Source: Anthoceros angustus (Eukaryota; Plantae; Anthocerotophyta). Taken from it: a stretch of 64,000 nt of DNA. The notes beneath the pieces are model-generated. The model had not been told where the DNA came from, ran no database searches, and was given only the letters and a program-made list of their open reading frames with translations. A program made the position numbers and the translations under genes. Location: contig VJWM01000116.1 of the NCBI GenBank assembly GCA_010909165.1, positions 558,001-622,000 on the forward strand, written 5' to 3'. Of the stretch, positions 53,943-64,000 are shown piece by piece (position 1 is the first letter of the stretch; every line of letters begins with the position of its first letter).

Positions 53943-56900
53943 TCATTCTATCTCGAATAGCCTTCTTGTCGGAGCGTAAAGGTGCTTTCTTGCATTGAGG
54001 TTGAACCCATAATAGAGAATAATAGTCTTATTCACAAATAGTTTCAATGTTTTTGGGTAAATTTCTCTTCCCACTCTCTTCCCATTTCGCGATCGTCGAT
54101 TGTCCGGTCCTCTAACAAAGAACTCCTCAACATATTTCCCTTCAAAAGCATCAAGGTGTGCCCCGTACCAAGGACCATAAGAAATGGGTTCGCACAATCA
54201 AGTCTACGCTTTCCACCTTCCCAATCCGAAGCCCTATGTGTATCTCCGAGCATGGAGTTGCAATGAACATGCCCTTCCTTATCTCTTTGACATCTCCATT
54301 CATCCTTTCTATTTCTTGATGTTGTCGACTTGCATTCGTGAGCTCCCAAATACATATCCCGTTGAGGAACTTCTCTTAGTAATGCTTCATCAAGCACAAC
54401 CTCCTCCGCACTTGAAGTGGCGGCATGTGGCCTCCACCTCTTCTCTTGTACCACCTCCACGGTTGTTTAAGCACTAGAGCAATATTGTTCTCCACAATAG
54501 TGGCAATTCCTTCTGGTCGACCCAAAACAACCTCCACCACACCCTCCGATGGCGTGATATACGCCGCCAAGTTCGAAGCCATGCTTCAAGTGCGCCACAC
54601 CGCCACAGGGTGAAAGACCTCCATCTTGACCCTTTTTGTCTCTCGCCGCATGAGGGGAGTGGGCGACGGTGGTTGATGGAACAAATTTCAAAATTCCAAC
54701 CCATCTTGATTCCCATTGAGGGATGTTGAGTCTTACCGAATGACCGTAACTTGACCTCGGTCCCGCTCCTCTCTCGTGATTTTAAATTGATGTTGGAAGG
54801 AAAGATTATTCAACTGGTTCACTGCCGCCTTGTATGCATATCCTCTCGTCCCCTTCTTAATGGGCCATACATAAGACCGAAAATCTGCCACCTCTGTTAT
54901 TACTTTAACTTCAGGCGTTGGGGTGAAAGCCGCTGTCAAAATCTCCGAAAGTGTATCAATAGTAAACGCTTCTTTGTGCCTAAGAAGCTTCGAGAAACAA
55001 GAAAACATTTGATCAACCTGATCATGGGTATGACCAACCAATAGGAACCCAACCTTTATTTTAACGAACACCTGAAGGTCGATGAGCATATTTAGGTACG
55101 CGAATAGTAGCTGGTTCTTGTTCTCGCGGCAAGTATTATCCAGCTGGAGGTAAAGAACTTTAGGAAGCACCCCTTCGTAAGAAAATATGACATCCTGAAT
55201 TATATGGATAGTGAGATTGGCGACAGTGATTAGCGTAGTGTAAATATGCCGCCTTGAAAGTGTAATTATGTATCATACATCCCACCACATGAACATTAAT
55301 AAGTGATGCCTCCGCCAACTCTTTGGGATAACGGAGGAAATGAGGGAGCTCTGTCTTCTTGTCCATGCCATCGATAGCAAGTCGCATATACTTGTGGGCT
55401 GACTATAACTTTTGGACCGATGTTTTGTCGCTTTGTCTCTCTCATTGCTTAGTCGCACTGTGTGATGCCAAAGCTCCTTCGTAAACCTCTGCAAAAATGG
55501 AGACGACAGTATTATATCGAGATTGTTGCACAACCACCGTAACATGAACATGGGTGCGTTAATCTACGCTGAGGCGGCATGCCGCGCCTCCCCGGACCGA
55601 CATGCGGAAAAGCTTTGGGGGCCTCCGGCGCCCCGAGCGCCCCGAGGCCCGCGGCTACCGTGCATGTACTGAAGGGTGCTGGGCCCCAGTACAATGGAAG
55701 CACTCTTCCGCCTAGCTGCAACCTATGTGAGTCTTGCACATTGGTATCTACATTGCCACACCTCTGCGACAACTGAGACGCAAGCCTGCCGGTGGCCCAC
55801 CTTTTTAAGAAGCCACATATGCATATACACTCCGCACAGGACATGTAAACAGGGCAGTCATGCATCCTTCCGCAGAATGGTTCTTAGAAACTATGCACAT
55901 CCCAGCAGGATATGAAGAACAAACCTTGGTCTGCTCTGCCGGAAGTGTTCCGGATGGTGCGCTTCAGTCCTTCACATAAAGAGCAAGTGGAAAACCTATT
56001 ACACTTTGGAATCCTAACCTTCGGGAAGTTGGTCCTCCAGAGGGTCAGAAAATAGGGATACGAACGCATACTAGACCGTGTCATCCCGCCGATCAGGCCC
56101 AGATCTCCAACTTTGAGAACGTGTCCCAGTGGAACACATCAACGCTTTGGCAGCCTTTCCGCCATCACTTGAAAACGTATCCATCCGAACGGCTCCCGAT
56201 CGTGTGTAGATGGTTGTCGCGGATTCACTCTTGACCCATCCCACGGTGCATTGCATAACACCGCTCTTCAACTCCTCGTATCTCTCGGCGATGATACTCT
56301 TCAAAAGCTTGCAAACAACACCGAATGCGTCGCCCCCATTATATGCGTGATGACCTTGTCCTTTCTCGGTGGCCTGTAAGTCCACGTGAGGGATCAAGAA
56401 ATGTCTCTTGCTCGCCTCCCCATTCGCGAAAACGATAACGTTGCTCATGGAAATTGGCCTTAGACATTGATTTGGACGCATTGCTTGTTGCGGCATGGCT
56501 TGGAAGTCCGTGATTTACGCCGAGTCGCTCTTCGACAAAGGAACTCCACTTGCCCGCCTTCTCTCAACCACGGATTGCATGTCCCGTGGCGCCACAAATG
56601 TTTCGCCTGGTTTGGGGTGGAATGACAAGTGCGCGGCGGTCGCCTTCCTCTGTCTCACAAAAAGGTGCATCAGCACGAGGGATTTCAGAACACCCTCCTT
56701 TCCTCAATTGGAAACAACCCGACGACGCACTGGTGCGTGGGAACTATTCGGTTCTTCATGGCGCCGGCGGCCACTAGGACTCCGCTCCACAGCTGAATAC
56801 AAATTGATGTTCCTTGGTGTACGAGGAACACCCCGAGGAATCCTTGGTGAGGTCTGGACCCGCCTCCAACCTTCATCTGCAAACGCGTCAGCATTTGGTG

Positions 56901-57060
56901 ACAGTGGGAACTAGCCTCTCTCGTCACCGTTGGCATGCACGTGAGGACAGAACTACACGCAGAATTAACACACTGACCATCTACTACCCACAAGCCATGT
57001 GGAGACTGCGGTGTGTTGTGCGGCATCATCGGACAGGAGGATCGGACGCATTCAATCTTG
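53943..57060 (-). pseudogene. Sola-like (DUF7869-type) DDD transposase, frameshifted
   Basis: FSTCSLCE, LAIDGMD.KTELPHF, LYLQLDNTCRENKN, FLLVGHTHDQVDQMFS. Confidence 0.8.
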
Positions 57061-57861
57061 CATTATGCTTCCTTTTTCTTGGCGTCAGCCTCGGTTGAAT
57101 GCGATGACAAGTCCTCCCTTCCGCAACATGAAAACGCCAAGTTTAGCTGGGAGAAGAACATCAAGGGAACATTATTGCATGGAGTGCATTGGATACAACA
57201 AAGATCGCTCACTTCACATGCGTGATGTGAGTCTCTGTAACATTCAGATGCGATGCCACTTCACCCACGACACAAACGAAAGTGTCTTCTCCTGCAGGAA
57301 AAGGGTCATATAACGTCCAAGCCACCAACTTCAACGTCACCCAACGCACCTGAGAAAGGCGCTGGCTGCGTCGCTCAATGCACAAGTTCTAGACCTATAA
57401 CGGCAAACAATCAGTGCACGCCATCGTAATGGCGCCGCCTCCAGCCGCCAAAACGACACCACCATTAAGAGGTGTAGTTAGGACATTGTCCTAAAATGGA
57501 ATTTATGCATTATGTACGTTCGCGAATCCATGGAGGTTACGGCTGAGAACCGGGCAAATGAAGGGGAACCCTAACTTCTTGTCCGGGCGTATAAGGTCTT
57601 TTAAAACCATTTCCCCACACTATCCACAGGCACGAAACGGGCTTTACGTCCCCTTCAACTTTGTGGATCGCAATGCGGACTCGCGAGCGAGAAGAGGGAG
57701 TGATTCAACGCGGTGGATGCGCGAGGGCCTTTGAGGATCATCCCCACGCAAGGAAGGAGGTGTTCTTCTCCCCAAGCTGCTTTCCACCTCGCAAAGTGAG
57801 AACTCTAATACGTGAGAAGCCACCGGTTGATGCGCGTCCGCGTTCCTTGTGGCAGGAAATC

Positions 57862-59766
57862 ATGGCATCGGGGAGGGCTCTCCGGAGCAAGAAGGACCTA
57901 GCGGCGCCTACGCTTGAACCACCTTCTGAGATTGTGCGGCAGAAGAAACCGAAGAAGAAGGCGACTCAGACGAGGCAGACGGAGGAAGTCGCGGATATGG
58001 CAGCAGCCCAATCGCCGCTGACAAGGACCGGTGGCAGGCAGGCGCTGCAGCAACCAGGCATCGCTGGAGGCAGTAGCAAGGATGTGGGTGGGGCGGCGAA
58101 GAAATCGAGCTCGGAATTCAGAAAAGCCAAGACAACACGGGAGGCGAGCAGGCCACGAAAGACAAGGAGGCTTGAAGGGAAGAAGAAAACGCAACCCGAT
58201 CCTGTGCCTTCGCCATACAACTTGGAAGAAACTATGCTCCTCAAGCGCCTGACTAACTCAATCGATGCAAAGAATTGTCTAGGGAAGGAGTGGTTTTGCA
58301 ATGGAAGCGAGGCGTCGGATGCTTGACCATATGGACACCGCTCAAGTGGGTCTGGTTTGGACCAGCTAAGCCAAATCAGCGAGCAAGAGTTGGGTTGTAT
58401 GGGCAAGTCTGGATTTGTCAACGGGAACCGAATTCGAGGTCCTCCTTACAACAAAGCCACACCAATCGGATGAAATTCGCCCGGTGCGAGGAGTTCAAGG
58501 TTATCACCGTGGGCCTTGGGATGTTCAAGCTTAAGAAGTGTTCCCACATGTCGATAACCGCCCGAGAGGCTAAAATGTAATCAACACGTATGGACGGGTT
58601 GGCTAACATTGTTGTGCTCGAATGCTTACTCGCTTGGCCGCATGGTGAGTTGGCTTATGGGTTTTGTGTGTCAACAGGCTGGGAGGGCTTTCTATAAGCA
58701 ACTGTGTGCTTTTGTCACACAGTCTATCGTGGACCACCGGAGAGAAATGAGCATGCGGCGAACCAGGGCAGCCCTCCCCAAAATCACGACAGAGGACCTC
58801 TCAGGCAGCTCAGAGGAAGAGGAGCTGGGCCCCGAAGATGAGCATGATGGACCATTGCCCGACATCCTTGGACAATCCGACGAAGATGATGGAAGAAGCG
58901 GGGATGACTTGGAAACCGAGGTTAGAGATGCAGAATTAATAATGGATTATGCCATGCCTCCTGACTCTATGCTTGTGCCCACAGTCCCTTATAACCCGCC
59001 ACAGGCGCGCATGCCGCCCGACTCCATTCCAGTGTGGAGTCCCCGCCAACCCCCATGGGCATGTGTATGGATGTGGGGAGCAAGGAAGGAGGCGCGGCAT
59101 GCCGGCCCCTACTACGCTGAGGTGTGGAGTCCTCCCAACCCCCATGCAGCATGTTTATGGATGTGGGGAGCAAGGAAGGAGGCGCGGCATGCCGGCGCCC
59201 TCCTTCCTCCCACAGCGCCACCCTTCTACTATACCAAAGCTATGAGAGCTATCGACCCGCCGTTGGATTGTCGGGAGGGGCTGGAGGAAAGGCAAACGAA
59301 AGCGCACCAGGAACAGCAACCCGAACACGACACCCAAGTCCAGATGCAGCTGGTAATTTGTTGGCAGGCAACGAGCTAGTCATTTCCGATACAAGGCCGG
59401 GATCTGGAAAGAGGAAACAGAGTGCTGATGCAAGAGGATCTGAGCGCGAACGAGAGAGTTTGGAGCCCGAACATGGTAAAATACGGAAGAAAGCAAAGAC
59501 TACAGGAACTATGTCACCTGTAGGAGACATTCCCACAGTGCACCTTTCAACAGATGAAGAGAGGTTGGAATCTTCCTTCCACGAGGAGGACTACCTCAAA
59601 CAGCATAATATTTGAAGCGGCTGAATATACAAAGCCGCTTCTGCAGAAAAAAACCCAACTGCTGGAAAACATGGTGGGCACTGAATTCCACGATTTCGAC
59701 GCTTTTAATTTTCTTGGTGATGGTTCATTCCTCCCTTCCTCTGATCGCCATTTTCACATCAAGTAA
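57862..59766 (+). pseudogene. Transposon accessory gene of unknown function (basic N-terminus, acidic C-terminus)
   Basis: MASGRALRSKK..KKPKKK NLS-like start, globular middle section, acidic tail; frameshifts and palindrome-bearing introns. Confidence 0.5.
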
Positions 59767-60329
59767 TATGGTATGGTCGTAGTATGCCCGAAGGCCCCAA
59801 TCGTCTTCCGGTGATATTCGATGAGTCGCTTGTCGATCGATTTCACACCTACTTGAAAAGCAATACATAGCACTAAAAGCAATAAAAGATTAAAGGGAAT
59901 TTTATGCCGTACGCGGCCACTAAAAGGTTTCTAAGCTGGACACGCAACAGAACGTAAATTTCCAATAACCTAACTACCAAAATCTTCGCCAGCAGCTTGA
60001 GTCTCGGGTGGGCATTGCCCAGATACGCTATCGAACACAACATCGACGTTTCTGAGGAGGGCGTTGTCGGGGTCCTCGAAGTTGTCGTTCTCCTGCATGG
60101 CATTCTCCACATCCAAGAGACGAGGAGGACTGCTTTCGGTGTTGTAGTCTGGATGGCACTGCGCTCAGAGTTCTCTGCCCGTCATCAAGGATTTGCCCCG
60201 TTTTCTCTTTCATCCTGTTGAACCCCAAAGGTACGACCCTGCAGTGACCCTTCTGACAAGCTTAATTCCTTTGCCTGCACTGAGCGGGTCCTCGTCGGTG
60301 TGGCTCATGATTCAATTCCTCCTCGGTGG

Positions 60330-62968
60330 AAGTACCTCATATCCATGTATCCTTTGGGGAATGAATTCACATCGCTTGTCCAAGTCCACGGCGATGCAAT
60401 TGCGGCCACATAGCGTAGCTAGGGTCGTCCCCGCCTCGCACACGCATCTAATATCCAATCTCCTTCTTTGGAGAAGTTGTTGATCATCTTCGCATCAACC
60501 CTAATGGCCTCGATAAGCACATACCACGAGCTTGTCCAATGACATATAAAGAAGCTTCTTGACGATGTTGTGCCCAATGACGCGACCATTATTGAACGAG
60601 CCAAGGGCGGTGTTAGGTAACATTGAAACCTTGTTCTTCTTCTGTAGTTACCCCCACCCTACCGTGATGTACTCGACGGTATCATATCCACCTTGATCAT
60701 TATGCATGTTAGTTTTGTCCCATACGAAGGAGACCATTCCTCCACCAGTGCACCACCGCGTGATAGCCTCCTCCAGCAGCCCTCCACCCCATGCATAACT
60801 ATCATGCGGATTTCCTCACAACTCGTCATGTCATGGAAAGAGTGAAATCATGCCCATCCGTGTTTGGTCCATCTTTACATCATGCTTTCCTTGTTGAATC
60901 TCGGCACATCCATAACCAATAAAGTGTAATTCCTCTTCCAGAAAACCCTCGGATGTCCAACACATCTCTCGCTACCACTTGGTATTTCACGATACACTCG
61001 TGGTTGGAACAAAGGAACGATCGCAGCCTTCTTCCATGTCCATGTCCGCTAGGGTCCTTTGTTCGCTTCTCGGACCCTTCCATGTGTGCACTTCCGATGA
61101 AAGCCCGGAAGTCCTCGTAGTTTTTCAAATCGCACATCTTTCATCCGCATCCACCCGTCGTCGTTGAAAACCAAGAGGATAGGGCTAGCGCCGCATTCAA
61201 TTACAACCAAACGAAGGAAATGGTGGGAGAGGCGCTGCATGCCTCCCACTCCAATGAGTCTTAAAACAAATGACACGTACCTTTCCATCGAACTGCTTGA
61301 AACCGACAACATCATCCGAAGAGTGCATTGGGTATTCGCCTAACCATCTCGAAGGAGTCACATCCTAAGTGTTTCGCCATCGCCACTTGGATGACATGAA
61401 GTTTCTTCCGCAGATCACCTCCTTGGACATACCATTCGGTCTAGTAAACTGTCAAAACCTTTTCTCACACTAATCAGCATTTTCGACCTGCCTCTCCGTG
61501 GAATTCCTTGAATCGCCATGGTTTCCTTGCATCTCTTTGGGCTTAACAAAACGCTTTCCACAGTCTTCACCTCTTCTCCAACTTTGCGTTTGCCCTTGCT
61601 CTTCTTGCTAGTACTGCTGCAACATGTTTGGCCCGGAAGTTCCATCGCCTCCCACTTGGTGAAGATAATGCTTTTCCCACACCTTTCCCTCCAGTTTTGC
61701 TATGCATAGTATATGTGTCCATTGTCCACTTTGTTTTGCTTGTATTGCTCATCTTCCCGACCTTCGCCATCCCACGCCCTGCACCTTGTATAAATTGAAC
61801 TTCCAGTTCATGCTCATTGTCACACCATCCCGCTTTGCAATCAAGTTCATCCGAGGTATCCGAATTCGATAAAGTTCATCTTTTTCCTCTTGTCCGACAT
61901 TGTGTTGTGGTGTTGCGAACTCGCATCTCTGTAGAGTTAGCCCGCAATAGACATGGGCCTCCATCCATTGGAACCTTGCCTTCCCCGGTGATATATCGCA
62001 GTCGCTTCATGGCGGCGTAAGTATGATTGCCTCCCAAGACTCATAATATACTTCTTTGCGGAACTTTTTCCGCCTAATGTTTTGATATCCTCGCATGGAT
62101 GGGTCAATCATACAAAGCAAAGGCAGCACACCTTCTTCAATACGACCCTTGAGATGACGCGAGCTGTAGTTCGCCCAAGCCTCATCCACTTGACGAACCC
62201 GAGCATCCGAGTTAGAACGGCGCTCAAATTCTCCGACTTCTGTCATTTACGGCACCACCTTCTTCGCATATGCGACTCCGACTTTCTGCAAATAATCCTC
62301 ATGCATCATAGACGCCTTTTCTCCATCTGTTGAGACATGCAATGTTGGAATCTCATTGTCCCTTGGACGCTTGAACTTTTTCCGCTGCTGGCAACGCCCG
62401 CCCGGACCTCAGTGCCCACCACCTTCCTCATCATGCATGCTTTTCCGCTTCTCATGGCCCCCGACGCCTTCCAGCAAGCCTGAGGCCGGCATGCCGGCGC
62501 CCTCCACCCGCTCGCCGCATGCCGCGCCTCTCAGACATGAGGGCGCCGCATGCCGGCGCCCTCCTCCTCTACAAGAGGCGCGGCATGCCGGCGCCCTCCT
62601 CCTCTCGGGAGGCGCGGCATGCCGCGCCTCCTCCTCTCGGGAGGCGCGGCATGCCGGCGCCTCCTCCTCACCATAGTCGAGGGCGCATGCCGCCTCCGCA
62701 TCATCAGATCAGGCGCCGGCATGCCGCCCTCTTCCTCCTCACCATAGTCGAGGGCGCCGGCATGCCGCCCCGGCCCCCTCTTCCATGTAGCAGGGACTCC
62801 TCCCATGGTGCTTGGATGGCGACGACCTTGGAAGGAATCCGTCAGCTGCGGCAAACCTCCCTCCATCACCCTCGCCTCCCCATCATCCTCTTCAAATGCC
62901 TCCGCATCCGAATGACCCAGAACTGGAATAGGCCCATCCTCCTCATCGGAAGGTCCGAACTGCCTCAT
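60330..62968 (-). pseudogene. ParB/Srx-like domain fused to a beta-class N4C/N6A DNA methyltransferase (frameshifted as assembled)
   Basis: ParB: RVRQVDEAW..PLLCMID..VLGGNHTYAAMKRL..VYCGLT..HN. MTase: NYTLLVMDVP(x)F, FVWDKTN, TVEYITVG, RPLGLMR/KMINNFSKEGDWILDACA.G.TT..GRNCIAVDLD. Confidence 0.8.
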
Positions 62969-63013
62969 TGTCTTCTACTTCCGGTCGAGTTTGAAGTCCC
63001 TGTCTTGTCCTCC

Positions 63014-64000
63014 TCACATCTCTCGCTACCACTTGGTATTTCACGATACACTCGTGGTTGGAACAAGAACGATCGCAGGCCTTCTTCCATGTCCATGTCC
63101 GCTAGGGTCCTTTGTTCGCTTCTCCGGACCCTTCCATGTGTGCACTTCCAAGAAAGCGGAAGTCCTCTAGTTTTTCAAATCGCACATCTTTCACTTGCCG
63201 CATGCCGCGCCCTCCTCCTCACCATAGTCGAGGGCGCCGCATGCCGGCCCCACCCCACTTGTTACAACCAAACGAAGGAAATGGTGGGAGAGGCGCGCAT
63301 GCCGCCCGCCCCCACTCCAATGAGTCTTAAAACAAATGACACGTACCTTTCCATCGAACTGCTTGAAACCGTGCAATAACATCATCCGAAGAGTGCATTG
63401 GGTCGCTAACCATCTCGAAGGAGTCACATCCTAAGTGTTTCGCCATCGCCACTTGGATGACATGAAGTTTCTTTCTAGATCACCTCCTTGGACATACCAT
63501 TCGGTCTAGTAAACTGTCAAAACCTTTTCTCACACACTAATCAGCATTTTCGACCTGCCTCTCCGTGGAATTCCTTGAACCGCGCCATGGTTTCCTTGCA
63601 TCTCTTTGGGCTTAACAAAACGCTACGCCTTCACCTCTTCTCCAACTTTGCGTTTGCCCTTGCTCTTCTTGCTAGTACTGCAACATGTTTGGCCCGCGAA
63701 GTTCCATCGCCTCCCACTTGGTGAAGATCATCACGTTTTCCCACACCTTTCCCTCCAGTTTTGCTATGCATAGTATATGTGTCCGTTGTTGTCCACTTTG
63801 TTTTGCTTGTATTGCTCATCTTCCCGACCTTCGTCATCCTCTATCACAAGCACCTTGTATAAATTGAACTTCCGTTCATGCTCATTGTCACACCATCCCG
63901 CTTTGCAATCAAGTTCATCCACGAGGTATCCGACCGCTTCGATAAAGTTCATCTTTTTCCTCTTGTCCGACATTGTGTTGTGGTCGTTGCAACTCGCATC
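63014..64000 (-). repeat. Direct duplicate of ~60962-61930 (middle of the ParB-MTase gene)
   Basis: Colinear near-identical copy that differs mostly by small indels. Confidence 0.92.

Larger units (their letters stand above)
52300..64000. mobile_element. Large Sola-like DNA transposon with accessory genes, including a ParB-DNA methyltransferase; boundaries uncertain and runs off the window
   Basis: Transposase plus two accessory genes linked by a palindromic motif seen only in this interval; TIRs not identified. Confidence 0.7.

Noticed and set aside
61420-61445. Plus-strand DIPFG as the MTase catalytic motif
   Set aside because: Wrong strand; all other MTase and ParB motifs are on the minus strand, where DVP lies at 60902-60910

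Overview
Eukaryotic nuclear DNA from a compact land-plant genome with short GT-AG introns. A non-seed plant such as a hornwort is my inference and is not proven. Host genes: SLC25A44-like mitochondrial carrier (3' part), GDSL/SGNH esterase, ABA3 Moco sulfurase, a UBA-domain orphan, LPP-epsilon, cytochrome b561, a TDY-type MAPK, tRNA-Lys(CTT), a ZHOUPI/bHLH95 homolog and a secreted L-type lectin. A full-length Ty1/copia element (5543-17186, 225-bp LTRs) carries a nested CACTA element, and Harbinger, CACTA and possible hAT remnants lie nearby. Two signals are not visible in the ORF track. (1) From about 52.3 kb to the window end lies a large DNA-transposon-like region that combines a Sola-like DDD transposase, a divergently transcribed accessory gene and a ParB-domain plus beta-class N4C/N6A DNA methyltransferase gene, with about 20 copies of a GC-rich palindrome. 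(2) At 3698-4515 lies an intronless, highly divergent TATA-binding-protein pseudogene. Many frameshifts may be long-read consensus errors. All family assignments come from manual motif recognition, not database searches.
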